A program made the translations under genes and the position numbers. From the NCBI GenBank assembly GCA_033764015.1, contig JANRJK010000053.1, positions 32,001 to 96,000 of the forward strand: a stretch of 64,000 bases of DNA, written 5' to 3'. Positions 32,201 through 41,884 of the stretch are shown in pieces. This stretch comes from Candidatus Sumerlaeia bacterium (lineage in GTDB: Bacteria > Sumerlaeota > Sumerlaeia > SLMS01 > JANRJK01). How positions within the stretch are numbered: the stretch's first letter is position 1; every line of letters starts with the position of its first letter. The notes under the pieces were generated by a model, which was not told the DNA's origin, did no database searches, and saw only the letters and a list, made by a program, of their open reading frames with translations.

Positions 32201-32605
32201 GACGCTGCGCTGGCGCGGATCGCGGAGGAGGTGACGGATTTCGCGCGCGAGCGGCACGCGCTGCACCGGGCGACGCGGCACCGGATCGTGGCGGACCTGT
32301 TGCCGCGCGATGCGAGGGCGACGAACGCGATCACCACGTGGTGGGAGCTGGACCTGCGGGCGCTCCGCGAGGAGTTGGCGCGCGCGGCGAAGTCCGACAT
32401 CCCGGTGCGCGAACGCGCCGATTGGGAGGCGTTCCTGGCCACGCAGCGCACCGCGCACGAACGCCTCACCGCCGCCATCGTCTCCCGCGAGGAGGAGTTG
32501 AACGACCGGGTGTACCGGCTCTACGGGCTCTCCGCGGCGGAGGTGCGGATGCTGGAGGACTTCATGCGCCGCACGAAGACGTTCTATCCGCTCGGCGAAG
32601 TGTAG
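29222..32605 (+). CDS. Type IIG/IIL single-chain restriction-modification enzyme (Eco57I/MmeI-like)
   Basis: N-terminal AD...VEIK nuclease motif; YNGGLF; GAFYTP; DPACGSGAFL; GNPPY; TaqI-like C-terminal TRD. Confidence 0.92.
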   Translation: MIVRTFKPLFRPEVIRDRLLRFPMPPGVEEPRRRLASLASLFATGDPGRLGEENLKPGFLADVFGELLGYRTPNQAPGAHTIVPEFALRTGGFADAVLGRQLAEGRGAVVAVEIKGPRDPLDIPHGGRRLSAVEQGFDYAINLGCDWIVVSSMRETRLYHKGADRLTCERFDLALLATNDHALRRFLYILGAERVLAPDGSCHLEELLAESKRVGERLTREFYEEFSRHRLETFLRLGEANPGADRVRLLALTQKILDRVLFCAFAEDRGLLPKDSVREAFTYRNPYTPQPVWNNFRALFRFINDGNPDLNIPRYNGGLFAPDPEIDALAVPDMACSAFPELARYDFRELDTGGEEALAFETNGREGVIDVEILGHIFEQSITDLERLRLEIEETGRLEPPDPKRAKAKRKKEGAFYTPRFITSHIVERTLGPVLADRCEQVRARHHAEAKGAARAALADPAAAEPALLRPAAREALVRFWREWRDELGTIRVLDPACGSGAFLIEVYDQLLAAYRDANARLEALGCDPELFDLSRRILERNLYGVDVNSEAVEICRLSLWIKTAERGKILTDLDHTIRRGNSIVDDPALHPWALDWRAAFPEVFEGGGFDAVVGNPPYIRQEWIAAYKEHLKSRYASFSGTADIYIYFIERGLDLLREGGRLGFITSGTFARGNFAAPFRKWLPGVARFSSLVNFGENQPFEGAEMVYPTMFTLEKRTGPATFPTLFLDEKIPKDISKTMEEHQLPCDESVFESEEWKFQPKDVTALFRKLSGAGVPLAEAVKGRIYYGIKTGLNEAFIIDTPTRDALVAADARSAEIIRPILKGEDLRPWHQDWEGNHLLAIPSGMTRQLAGPDVDECGGWRWFATEFHAVAEHLARHETTARLRQDKGDFWWELRPCSYYSEFDQPKILWPDIQKLPRFSWDATGFYVNDKGFILLAGSASTLSLLNSHTLWFCISQLCLPLRLRKGLWQYQSKSQFIERLPIPALSAEDDAALARIAEEVTDFARERHALHRATRHRIVADLLPRDARATNAITTWWELDLRALREELARAAKSDIPVRERADWEAFLATQRTAHERLTAAIVSREEELNDRVYRLYGLSAAEVRMLEDFMRRTKTFYPLGEV

Positions 32606-32672
32606 CCCCCCGATGCCCGTTGACGGGTATCGGCGGATGCGCGGAAGATCGGGGTAAACCCCGACTCCCGGA

Positions 32673-35600
32673 GTGGCTCCCGTGACTGAAGACGAAACGC
32701 TCGCCAAGCCTCCCGAGACGTTGCCGGCGGATCCGATGGCGACGTTCGATCCGTCGGGGGTGCGGGATTCGTTGTTCGGGCTGGGGGCGGACCAGAGCGC
32801 TGCGCGGACGGCGGAGCTGCCCGGTTCGGCGCAGGCGCCGGCGATGGGGCCCGCGCGCAGCGCGTCGTCCTTCGTGTTCCGCCGGCGGCTGGCGCAGGGC
32901 GGCATGGGCGAGGTGTGGGAGGCGGTGCAGGACAACCTGCGGCGCGTGGTGGCGGTGAAGCGGTTGCGCCCGGACCGCGTGTTCCGCCGCCCCGGCGAGT
33001 CGGATCCGGTGGCGGAGGGTGCGTTCCGCGAGGAGGCGCTGACGGCGGCGCAGCTCGACCATCCGAACATCGTGCCGGTGCACGACATGTCGGTGGACGA
33101 ATCGGGGCTGCCGATCCTGGCGATGAAGCTGGTGCGGGGGCGCTCCTGGGAGGAGGCGCTGCGGGCGGACTTCGCGGCGCTGGGGCCGGAGGAGCACTTG
33201 GCGCGGCATCTGCCGATCCTGGTGGACGTGTCGCAGGCGGTGGCCTACGCGCACAGCCGGGGGATCGCGCACCGGGACCTGAAGCCGGCGCAGGTGATGC
33301 TGGGGAGCTTCGGCGAAGTGCTGCTGATGGACTGGGGCCTGGCGGTGGCGTTCGACGCGGAGGCGCTGGCGTCGACCTCGGGCGGGGTGCCGGCGGGTCC
33401 GATGCCGACGCGGGCTTCGGCGACGAGCCCCGCGGGGACGCCGGCGTACATGGCGCCGGAGCAGGTGCGCTACTCCGCCGAGGGCATCGGCCCGTGGACG
33501 GATGTGTACCTGCTGGGCGGCATCCTCTACCAGATCCTGGCGGGGCGTCCGCCGCGGAAGGCGCCGACGAGCCACGCGGCGTTCCGCATGGCGGCGGAGG
33601 GGCGCGTGGATGCGCTGCCGGCGGACGGCGAGGGCGGGCGCCCGGTGCCGGAGGAGCTGGCGCGGCTGTGCGAACGGTGCCTGCGCGCGGAGCCGAAGGA
33701 GCGCCCGGAAGCCGCGTCGGTGTTCGTGGAGCGGGTGCAGGAGTACCTGTCCGGTTCGCGGAGCCGGGCGGAATCGGCGGCGATCGTGGCGGCGGCCCGC
33801 GGCGAGGCCGCGGCGGCGGGGGCGGACTACCACCGCTGGTCGGAGCTGCTGGGGCGGCTGGCGCGGGCGCGCGCGCTGTGGCCGGGGAACCCGGGCGAGG
33901 GGGAGCTGCGCGCGCGGGCGCTGGAGGGCTTCGCGCGGGCGGCGCTTGGGCGCGGCGACCTGGTGCTGGCGCGGGTGCAGGCGGAGGCGCTGCCGGAGGG
34001 CGCGGCGCGCGCGGGGCTGCTCGAGGCGGTGGGCGCGGCGGAGCTGGCGGCGCTGCGGCGCGAGCGCACGCGGCGCGGGGCGCTGGCGGCGGTGGCGGCG
34101 CTGGCGGCGGTGGTGATCCTCGGCGGCCTTTGGTACAACGACCGGCTGGCGCGGCGCGCGGAGGCGGAGGAGCTGGCGCGCCGCGAGGCGCAGGCGGCCA
34201 AGTCGCGCACCGACGGCATGGTGGCGTTCATGCTCGGCGACCTGACGGAGCGCCTCGAACCGATCGGGCGGCTCGGCATCATGGACTCGGTGCTGGCGAC
34301 GGTGGAGGGGCAGATGCCGGCGTCGTCGGAGGGCTTGGCGACGGCGGACCGCGCGGCGCTGGCGCGGCTGTCCAAGTCGGTCGCGGAGGTGCGTCTGGCG
34401 CAGGGCAAACCGGACGAGGCGGAGGTGGCGGCGCGGCGCGCGCTCGGCGAGGCGCTCGCCCCCGGAGTGGCGGCGCTGGAGCGCGCGCTCGAGGCGGAGG
34501 CGCACGCGACGCTGGGCCTCGTGCTGACGCAGCTTGGGCGGCACGGCGAGGCGCTGGAGGCGCACCGGCGGGCGCTGGCGGTGCGGGAGGAGCTGGCCCC
34601 GGCGGCGGACGCGCCGCTGGAGGCGCGGCTCGCGCTGGGCGCGGCGATCCTCGCGGTGGGGAAGGCGCTCGAGGCGCGCGCGACAACGGAGGAGGCGCTG
34701 GCGGAGTACCGCCGGGCGCACGCGCTGCACGAGGAGCTGGCGCGGAGCCACGCGGGCGTCCCGGAGGTGGAGGGTGCGCTGGGCGCCTCCGCCGCCGCGA
34801 TGGGCGAGGTGCTCACGGACCAGGGGAAGCTGGACGAGGCGCGGGCGCGATTCGCGGCGGCGCGGGAGGCGCGCGCGCGGGCGCTCGGCGCGGACCCGCG
34901 CAACGCGCGTCGGCGGCTCGAGCTGGCGAGCGCGCACCTGCGGCTCGCGGAAGTGCACTTCATCGAGGACAGCTTCGACGAGGCGCGGGCGCAGCGGCTG
35001 GAGGCGCTGGCGATCGAGCGGTCGCTGGCGCAGGCGGACCCGGGCGACCTGTCGCTGCGCGCGCGGGTGGCGCGCTCGCTCGCCGCGCTCGGCCAGGTCG
35101 GCGAGGCGACCGGCCAGTTCGCGGAGGCGCGGACGTACTACGGCGAGGCGCTCGGGATCGTGACGGATCTCGCGGCGGATTCGCCGAACGACGCTTTCCT
35201 GCTGGGCGAACTCGGCGAGATCAACCGGGCGCTGGGCGACATCGCCTCGGAGAGCGGCGAGCACGAGCGCAGCCTCGAGCACTACCTCGAGTACGCGCGC
35301 TTGTCGCGGGAGCGCTCCGCGCTGGATCCGGAGAGCCTGCCGGACCGTAACTCGATCGCCATCGCGCTCTCGCGCGTCGGAACGGCGAAGGTCGAACTCG
35401 GTGACGCGGCCGGCGGCGTGGAGACGTTCAAGGAGTCGCTGGCGATCGCCGAAGAAGTCAGTTCGCGCGACCCGGATAACGGCGAGATGTCGCGCGGCGT
35501 CGGCGCCATGAACGGACGCATCGGCATGGTGCTCGAAGGCGACGGGCGCCTGGAGGAGGCGGTCGAAAGCTACCGTCGGCAGTACGCGGTGATGTCGGCG

Positions 35601-36482
35601 CTGGCGGCGAAGGCGCCGAACAATCCGAACTGGAACTACGAGGCGGCGTTCCCCGCGTTCCGCGCGGCGGGGATTCTCCTCAAGCTGGCCCGGCCGGAGG
35701 AGGCGGAGCGCGAGAACCTGCTGGCGCGAGCCGTCTTCGAGCACCTCACCACGACGCATCCGGAGCGGGCGCTGGCGCACTACCAGCTCGGGCAGACGTG
35801 GACGCGCACGGGTGATTTCTCGGAGGACCGCGGCGACCGCGCCGCGGCGCAGTCGGCCCACGCGGCCTCCGTCGCGGCGTTCGAGAACGCCTACGAGCGG
35901 CAGCCCGGCAACCACGTGATCCTCTCCGCGATCGTGAACGCGCGCGGCGACAACGGTGCGCTGCTGGCGAAGCTGGGCCGCCACGCGGAAGCGCGCGCCG
36001 CGCACGACGCCGCCCTCGCCGAGCTGCCGGAACTCGCGGAGATCGGCGCGGACGATCCGTGGACCACGACGACGATGCTGCGGGCGTGGACGCGCTCGGG
36101 CGCGGCGCGGCTCGCGGCGGGAGACAGCGAGGGCGCGAAGGCGGACCTCGCGAAAGCGCTCGAAGCGCGCCCCGCGGCGCTGCCGGAGGACGACCGCTCG
36201 GACGCAATCTACTGGGCGGAGTTGGACCTCGCCGCCGGGGATCTCGCGCTCGCGGAGGGCGACGCCGCGCGCGCCGCCGCCGCTTGGGAGGCCGCGCTCG
36301 CGTTGCTCGACCAGTTCACGGATCCGAAGCCGCCGGCGGACGGCGCGGTTGGACGGTTGCGCGTGCTCGCGCTACTGCGGCTCGGCCGCGCGGGGGAGGC
36401 GCGCCCGCTGTACGAGTCTCTCGCGGCGAAGGGGCTTCGCGAGACCGAGCTGGTGGAGGCGGCGCGGCGGGCCGGCTTCTAG
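32673..36482 (+). CDS. Ser/Thr protein kinase with TM segment and TPR repeats
   Basis: AQGGMGEV, VAVK, HRDLKPAQ, DWG, GTPAYMAPEQ; long helical-repeat C-terminus. Confidence 0.93.
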   Translation: MAPVTEDETLAKPPETLPADPMATFDPSGVRDSLFGLGADQSAARTAELPGSAQAPAMGPARSASSFVFRRRLAQGGMGEVWEAVQDNLRRVVAVKRLRPDRVFRRPGESDPVAEGAFREEALTAAQLDHPNIVPVHDMSVDESGLPILAMKLVRGRSWEEALRADFAALGPEEHLARHLPILVDVSQAVAYAHSRGIAHRDLKPAQVMLGSFGEVLLMDWGLAVAFDAEALASTSGGVPAGPMPTRASATSPAGTPAYMAPEQVRYSAEGIGPWTDVYLLGGILYQILAGRPPRKAPTSHAAFRMAAEGRVDALPADGEGGRPVPEELARLCERCLRAEPKERPEAASVFVERVQEYLSGSRSRAESAAIVAAARGEAAAAGADYHRWSELLGRLARARALWPGNPGEGELRARALEGFARAALGRGDLVLARVQAEALPEGAARAGLLEAVGAAELAALRRERTRRGALAAVAALAAVVILGGLWYNDRLARRAEAEELARREAQAAKSRTDGMVAFMLGDLTERLEPIGRLGIMDSVLATVEGQMPASSEGLATADRAALARLSKSVAEVRLAQGKPDEAEVAARRALGEALAPGVAALERALEAEAHATLGLVLTQLGRHGEALEAHRRALAVREELAPAADAPLEARLALGAAILAVGKALEARATTEEALAEYRRAHALHEELARSHAGVPEVEGALGASAAAMGEVLTDQGKLDEARARFAAAREARARALGADPRNARRRLELASAHLRLAEVHFIEDSFDEARAQRLEALAIERSLAQADPGDLSLRARVARSLAALGQVGEATGQFAEARTYYGEALGIVTDLAADSPNDAFLLGELGEINRALGDIASESGEHERSLEHYLEYARLSRERSALDPESLPDRNSIAIALSRVGTAKVELGDAAGGVETFKESLAIAEEVSSRDPDNGEMSRGVGAMNGRIGMVLEGDGRLEEAVESYRRQYAVMSALAAKAPNNPNWNYEAAFPAFRAAGILLKLARPEEAERENLLARAVFEHLTTTHPERALAHYQLGQTWTRTGDFSEDRGDRAAAQSAHAASVAAFENAYERQPGNHVILSAIVNARGDNGALLAKLGRHAEARAAHDAALAELPELAEIGADDPWTTTTMLRAWTRSGAARLAAGDSEGAKADLAKALEARPAALPEDDRSDAIYWAELDLAAGDLALAEGDAARAAAAWEAALALLDQFTDPKPPADGAVGRLRVLALLRLGRAGEARPLYESLAAKGLRETELVEAARRAGF

Positions 36483-36501
36483 CGGCCCCGGCTCCCGGGC
36501 G

Positions 36502-36957
36502 TCAGAGCTTCTCCCCCGGCAGGCGGCTTGCCTGGCGCACCCAGTCGGCGAACTGCGCCTCGTCGAGCGGCGGGCTCTCGGGGACGTGGAGGTAGCGGAC
36601 GCCCGGCTGCTTCGATCCGACCGGCGGCTCGGGTTCGAGCGGCTCGCCGCGGAAGAAGGTCACCTTCAGGTAGTTGGTGAAGCAGTGGAAGGCGAGGAAC
36701 CAGCCTTCCGCCCCGGGCGCGCCGTAGAATGGCGAGTTCCACTTCACCGCCTTGCGGACGCCGGGGACTTCGCGCGCGATGATGGCGTCGAGGCGGCGGG
36801 CGGCGTCACGCTTCCAGCCCGGGATCGCGGCGAGGTAGGCTTGCACGGGCGCGTCGCCGTCGCCCTTCGGGATCCGCGGGTTGTCGCCGGACAGGAGGCG
36901 CGGCGCGTCCGGGGAGGTGGGGGACGGCGCGGCCTTGCGGGGCTTGCGCTCTGCCAT
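36502..36957 (-). CDS. DUF1801 domain protein
   Basis: GDNPRIPKGDGDAPVQAY, KAVKWNSPFYG. Confidence 0.85.
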   Translation of the reverse strand: MAERKPRKAAPSPTSPDAPRLLSGDNPRIPKGDGDAPVQAYLAAIPGWKRDAARRLDAIIAREVPGVRKAVKWNSPFYGAPGAEGWFLAFHCFTNYLKVTFFRGEPLEPEPPVGSKQPGVRYLHVPESPPLDEAQFADWVRQASRLPGEKL

Positions 36958-36989
36958 GGGGGAGGGCCCTTCCGACTTGGCGGGCGCGC

Positions 36990-37514
36990 CTAGGGGCGGG
37001 CCGCTTGGATCACGGCGAGGAGTTCCTCGGACCGCTGGCTGCCGATGAGGACGCGTTCCCCGCTCTTGAGGACAAGCTGGACGCCGCGGTCGCCGCGGGC
37101 GTTGTACGCGGTGCCGGCGAGGCCGCGGCGGTAGCCCCGGCCGCCGTAGTCGCGCAGCGGGCGGTACGTGCGCACCTCCGCCGAGGCGATGTCGCGGAGC
37201 GCGATGGTCCGGTTGGCGAGCACGCCCAGCCGCACGGCGAGCGCGCCGGGCACCACTACGGTCAGCAGGCGGAGCCGCGAGAGAAGCAGGAGGACGACGA
37301 TCAGGCCGGCGGCGACGACGGCCAGCAGCGCCGGCTCGAACTTGTTGTCGAGGACCATAGCGCCGACGCCGATGGCGAGGGCCACCGCTTCGATGATCGT
37401 GACCGTCGCCAGCAGGTTGGGGGAGAAGGACTGCTCCTCGGCGAAGAGCGGCTGGTCCGGGCGCACGGTCGACTGCCACCCCGCATCGCGGGCGGTTCCC
37501 AAGGGGGCGCCCAT
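36990..37514 (-). CDS. Membrane protein (DUF6141-like)
   Basis: FAEEQSF, two TMs, YRPLRDYGGRGYR, VLIGSQR. Confidence 0.75.
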   Translation of the reverse strand: MGAPLGTARDAGWQSTVRPDQPLFAEEQSFSPNLLATVTIIEAVALAIGVGAMVLDNKFEPALLAVVAAGLIVVLLLLSRLRLLTVVVPGALAVRLGVLANRTIALRDIASAEVRTYRPLRDYGGRGYRRGLAGTAYNARGDRGVQLVLKSGERVLIGSQRSEELLAVIQAARP

Positions 37515-38668
37515 CAATACACCACGAAACCCGAGCCGGGAACGTCGAACAGCAGCGAAGACCATGGAAGGAATTCGGTCAGCGGGGGCGCATCCCCGGT
37601 GAGCGGGCGCGGATACTCGACCATACGGCGCTCGCCCGTGGCGCGGTCGATCCAGACCAAGTCTTCCAGCGAGGACTCGAGGCCCATCAGGTGGCGCCCG
37701 TCGGGCGAAGCGGCGGCCAGGGTGAACTTGCCTGTGCCCGCCCCCCCGCCAGCCGACGCGCCACTGAACGGGGCGAACTCGCCGCCTCCCTCCCCCGGAT
37801 CGTAGCGCCAAAGCTCGGTCCCCTGACCACCGCCCCCCGACCAGCAATACACCCTTCCGTCGGCGTCGGCGACGATCTCGCCGGAACTACCCGTGAACGG
37901 GTTGCCTGCCGGCGTCCCGGACGCCTGCTCGTACAGGAGCGTCCGGTTTCCCGTCGCGGGATCGATCTCGATGAGCTGGAAGGTTCCGGAGGTGGCTCCC
38001 TGCTGCCGCAGAAAAAGCTTCCCCCCCGGCTGCGCGGCCAAGAGCTGCCGACCGTCGGTGGAGTACCGCAAGGCCGGGCCCGTCCCCACGGCGGAACCGG
38101 ACAGCACCGAGCGCGCTCCGGTGGCGGCGTCGATGCGGTCGATCCGGAACACCGCGCTACCCTCGTTCACCACGCTGAGCGCAGCGAGGGACCCTGCGTC
38201 GAGGCGCGCGAGGCAGCGTATGCCGACAACCGCGGGCGACTCGGAGTAGGCGGGGCCGAAGGTGCTTCGCTCCAGCGTCCGGCGGTCCAAGCGAAGCAGC
38301 GTCTGGGGTTGGTTCAGCGGGGCCAGCACCAGCGCCTCGGGCCCGAGGCGCTCCGCAGCCGCGAGCTGGTAGTGCGCGGCGCCCGAGCCGGTCGTCTGCG
38401 ACATGACCAACCGGGACTGCCCATCCGACGGCCGGATGCCGTAGGCGGCGCCCCACACGCCTTGAGAGGTGTGGGCGGGGGGGACCCCGGGCATCACCAG
38501 GATGATTTCGTTGGCGGGCGGAGGCGGTGCCAGCCCACGGGACGAAGCGTCCCCGGATGCGGCGCCGGCGCGGGGCGTCCCAAGCAAGGCGAAGCCGACG
38601 AGGATGGCTAGGCGGGCGATTGCGGAGGATTGCGCGAATCGAGCCACGGGTGCGGTTCTCCGATACAT
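37514..38668 (-). CDS. Secreted beta-propeller-like protein
   Basis: Signal peptide; repeated IDxATGxR blades; ends GSGFVVY. Confidence 0.7.
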   Translation of the reverse strand: MYRRTAPVARFAQSSAIARLAILVGFALLGTPRAGAASGDASSRGLAPPPPANEIILVMPGVPPAHTSQGVWGAAYGIRPSDGQSRLVMSQTTGSGAAHYQLAAAERLGPEALVLAPLNQPQTLLRLDRRTLERSTFGPAYSESPAVVGIRCLARLDAGSLAALSVVNEGSAVFRIDRIDAATGARSVLSGSAVGTGPALRYSTDGRQLLAAQPGGKLFLRQQGATSGTFQLIEIDPATGNRTLLYEQASGTPAGNPFTGSSGEIVADADGRVYCWSGGGGQGTELWRYDPGEGGGEFAPFSGASAGGGAGTGKFTLAAASPDGRHLMGLESSLEDLVWIDRATGERRMVEYPRPLTGDAPPLTEFLPWSSLLFDVPGSGFVVY

Positions 38669-38774
38669 GGACGTGTGATAGAGAGACTTCGCGGTTTGGC
38701 CTCTTGTCAAGCCGCGCCGGGAGCCATCGGGCTCCCGGCGCGGGTGTGTTCGCAGAGGTTGTCGGTGGTGGTGT

Positions 38775-40061
38775 CTACTGGCGGATCTCGATGTCCAGCC
38801 TCGCGCGGTCCTTGCCCGAGGCGTTGCCGGTGTAGAAGCGGAACGTGTCGCGGGTGGCGTTGTCCGATTCGTCGAGCTCGAAGCGGAGGCGGAACTGCGT
38901 CGCGCCGAAGCGGTTCATGGCGGCGAGGGCCTCCGGCGAGAGGAGCCAGCAGACGGTGTCGCCGTTCGCGGCGGGCAACGGCGTGGGACCGACTGCGGCG
39001 TCGGTGATCCAGGCGTGCGCTTCGAAGTCCTCGTGCTCGAAGCGGTAGGTCGGGCCGAAGTTGGCGACCTGGTTCGGGCAGACCATCTCGATGTGGACGC
39101 GTCCGAGCGTGGTCGGGTCGCCGGCGAAGCTTTCGCGGGTGAGGCAGAGCGACGCGCTGGTGACCTCCGGCGTGCCGTAGCTGGTCAGCGTCGAGGTGTC
39201 GAAGGCGAGGAGCGCCTTGACCTGCTGGTTGGTGGCGAGGTCGCCGAACTCCGCCACGGAGTTCGCGTTGTCGGTCTGCACGCAGACGCCGGCGTTGGCG
39301 GTGTATTCGATGAGGACGCCGTCCTGTGTCGGGAGCGAGTAGAGGGGGTCGAGGAGGAGCGGCGGGCCGGCGGCGGCGGGGTTCTCGCCGCAGCCGTCGC
39401 TGGAGGGGGTGTTGAACTCGACCACGAGGTCGCTTCGGACGTGGCTGGTGCTGGGGGAATGGCCGCCGGCGCCGAACTTGATGTTGTCGTTCGCGTTGTT
39501 GCCGTCGGTTGCGTTCTGGAACTGGAAGCGGAACTGGACGTTGCCGCCGATCGGGACGATGGCCGGGTCGATCGGCACCCAGAGGGCGTCGCCCTGCTGT
39601 GCGTGGACGAGGACGGAGTTCGGAATCGTGGCGACGGGCGCGGGGCTGCTGGGCAGGGCCTGGAAGTCGGACGCCTGCCAACCCGCCGTGCTTCCGTAGA
39701 ACGGATCGGCGTAGTAGATCTCGAGGTCGCCGAGGCCGGAGACGTCGCCGGTCCCGCCGTCGACGGTGAGGCGGAGCGTCGCGGTGCGGACTTCCGAGCC
39801 CGGGACCGCGATGGTGAAGCCGAGGAGGCCGCGCTCCGCGCGATTGTTGACATTGTCACCGATCTGCGTGCGGCGGCCGGCGACGAGCACCGTGGCGCCG
39901 ACGCCCGGTGTGGCGCCTTCGTAGAGGATGGCGTCCTGCGAGAATTGCGAATCGATGAAGATCGAGCCGCCGTCGTCGGCGGGGGCGCCGATGGGGGCTC
40001 CGAGGGTGATCGCGGCCACAGCCAATAGTGCGGAGCGCCACGAGTCGGAGGCGGTTTGCAT
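38775..40061 (-). CDS. Secreted protein with two tandem beta-sandwich (DNRLRE/CBM96-like) domains
   Basis: Signal peptide; internal duplication QD..GD..LLxF..AxLxLT..DFxA..QFRxxF. Confidence 0.7.
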   Translation of the reverse strand: MQTASDSWRSALLAVAAITLGAPIGAPADDGGSIFIDSQFSQDAILYEGATPGVGATVLVAGRRTQIGDNVNNRAERGLLGFTIAVPGSEVRTATLRLTVDGGTGDVSGLGDLEIYYADPFYGSTAGWQASDFQALPSSPAPVATIPNSVLVHAQQGDALWVPIDPAIVPIGGNVQFRFQFQNATDGNNANDNIKFGAGGHSPSTSHVRSDLVVEFNTPSSDGCGENPAAAGPPLLLDPLYSLPTQDGVLIEYTANAGVCVQTDNANSVAEFGDLATNQQVKALLAFDTSTLTSYGTPEVTSASLCLTRESFAGDPTTLGRVHIEMVCPNQVANFGPTYRFEHEDFEAHAWITDAAVGPTPLPAANGDTVCWLLSPEALAAMNRFGATQFRLRFELDESDNATRDTFRFYTGNASGKDRARLDIEIRQ

Positions 40062-40192
40062 CTTGGGTGTCCTTCTGTCTTGGGCTGGACGTGGATGAGG
40101 CGATTTACATTTCTCCGCAATGTCGGCCGGTGTGCAACCGTAAAGGAGCTTCCCCCGCCCCGCTTGCCCGGCGCGGCGGGGGCGGGTAGCGG

Positions 40193-41881
40193 TTGCGCAT
40201 GACACTGGTCCTCCTTGCCACGCTGAACACGTCGATGGGCGCGGTGGCGCCGAACACGGAGCGGGCGCTCGCGGCGCTCGAGGAGGGCGCGCGCCGCGGA
40301 GCGGCGCTCGTGGTCTTTCCCGAGGGCACGCTCACGGGCTACCCCGCGAAGGACCGGCTGATGCGCGCGTCGTTCATCCGCGGGAACCTGGCGGCGCTGG
40401 AGCGGCTGGCGCGCGCGACGGCGGCGGGGCCCGCGTGCCTGGTGGGTTTCGCGGAGCCGCACCCGGAGCCGGTGAACGGGTTGCACAACGCGGCGGCGCT
40501 CTGCCGCGGCGGGCGTGTGGAGGCGGTGTACCGCAAGCGGCTGCTGCCGACCTACGACGTGTTCGACGAGGCGCGCTACTTCGACGCGGGGAGCGGCCCG
40601 CTGGTGTTCGGGCTCGAGGGCTTCCGGCTCGGCGTGACGATCTGCGAGGACCTTTGGTGCGAGGCGGGCTTCTCGCCGCGGCACTACGCGGGCGACCCGG
40701 CGGCGGAGTCGGCGCGCGCGGGCGCGGAGGTGGTGGTGAACCTCAGCGCGTCGCCGTACGGGCTGGGGAAGGAGGCGTCGCGGCGCGCGATGCTGGCGCG
40801 GGCGGCACGGCGTTCCGGAGCGCCGGTGCTTTATGTGAACCAGGTGGGCGGCTGCGACGACATCCTGTTCGACGGGACGGCGTTCGCGTACGGCGCGGAC
40901 GGCGCGCTGCGGGGGCGGCTGCCGGCGCTGCGCGAGGACTTCCTGGAGGTGCGGCTGGAGCGCGGCGCGGACGGGGCGGCGGCGGTGGCGTCCAGCGTAC
41001 CCGCGGAGGAGTGGGAGCACGGCCTCGACACGCTGCGCGGCGCGTTGGCGATGGGCATCGGCGACTACGTGCGCAAGTGCGGCGCGCCGGGGGTGCTGCT
41101 GGGGCTTTCCGGCGGCATCGATTCGGCGCTGGTGGCGGCGCTGGCGGCGGAGGCGCTGGGCCCGGGGAACGTGCACGGGGTGGCGATGCCGACGCGGAAC
41201 AATTCGCCCGCGTCGGAGGCGGACGCGCGGGAGCTGGCGGAGCGGCTCGGCATCCGCTTCTCGGTGTGCCCCATCGAGGGGCTGTTCGCGACGGCGGCGG
41301 CGGGGATGGGGCCGCTGTTCGGCGGGGGCGAGCCGCAGGGGCTCGCGCGGGAGAACCTGCAGTCGCGGCTGCGCGCGCTGACGCTGATGACGCTGAGCAA
41401 CGCGACCGGCGCGCTGGTGCTCGCCTGCGGCAACAAGAGCGAACTCTGCGTGGGCTATTGCACGCTCTACGGCGACACCTGCGGGGCGATCTCGCCGATC
41501 GGCGATCTCTACAAGGGGCAGGTGTACGAGCTGTCGCGGCACATCAACGCGCGGGCGGGGAGGGAGCTGATCCCCGCCGCGATCCTCGATAAGGAACCGA
41601 CCGCGGAGCTGCGCCCCGGGCAGCGGGACGCGGACGACCTGCCGCCCTACGAGGCGCTGGATCCGATCCTGCGGCTGTTCGCGGACGAGGGGCTGTCGGA
41701 GGCGGACGTGGTGGCGCTGGGGCACGACGCGGCGTTCGCGCGGCGCGTGGCGGGGCTGTTCGACCGCAACGAGTACAAGCGGCGGCAGACTCCGCCGGCG
41801 TTGAAGGCGGGTCCGCGGGCCTTCGGGTTCGGCTGGCGGCAGCCGGTGGCGACGGGGCCCGCGCCGCGGGCGGGGGGCTGA
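40193..41881 (+). CDS. nadE: Glutamine-dependent NAD+ synthetase
   Basis: Nitrilase triad FPE/YRK/ICED; GLSGGIDS; ENLQSR; GNKSE; NEYKRRQ. Confidence 0.96.
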   Translation: MRMTLVLLATLNTSMGAVAPNTERALAALEEGARRGAALVVFPEGTLTGYPAKDRLMRASFIRGNLAALERLARATAAGPACLVGFAEPHPEPVNGLHNAAALCRGGRVEAVYRKRLLPTYDVFDEARYFDAGSGPLVFGLEGFRLGVTICEDLWCEAGFSPRHYAGDPAAESARAGAEVVVNLSASPYGLGKEASRRAMLARAARRSGAPVLYVNQVGGCDDILFDGTAFAYGADGALRGRLPALREDFLEVRLERGADGAAAVASSVPAEEWEHGLDTLRGALAMGIGDYVRKCGAPGVLLGLSGGIDSALVAALAAEALGPGNVHGVAMPTRNNSPASEADARELAERLGIRFSVCPIEGLFATAAAGMGPLFGGGEPQGLARENLQSRLRALTLMTLSNATGALVLACGNKSELCVGYCTLYGDTCGAISPIGDLYKGQVYELSRHINARAGRELIPAAILDKEPTAELRPGQRDADDLPPYEALDPILRLFADEGLSEADVVALGHDAAFARRVAGLFDRNEYKRRQTPPALKAGPRAFGFGWRQPVATGPAPRAGG

Positions 41882-41884
41882 GCG

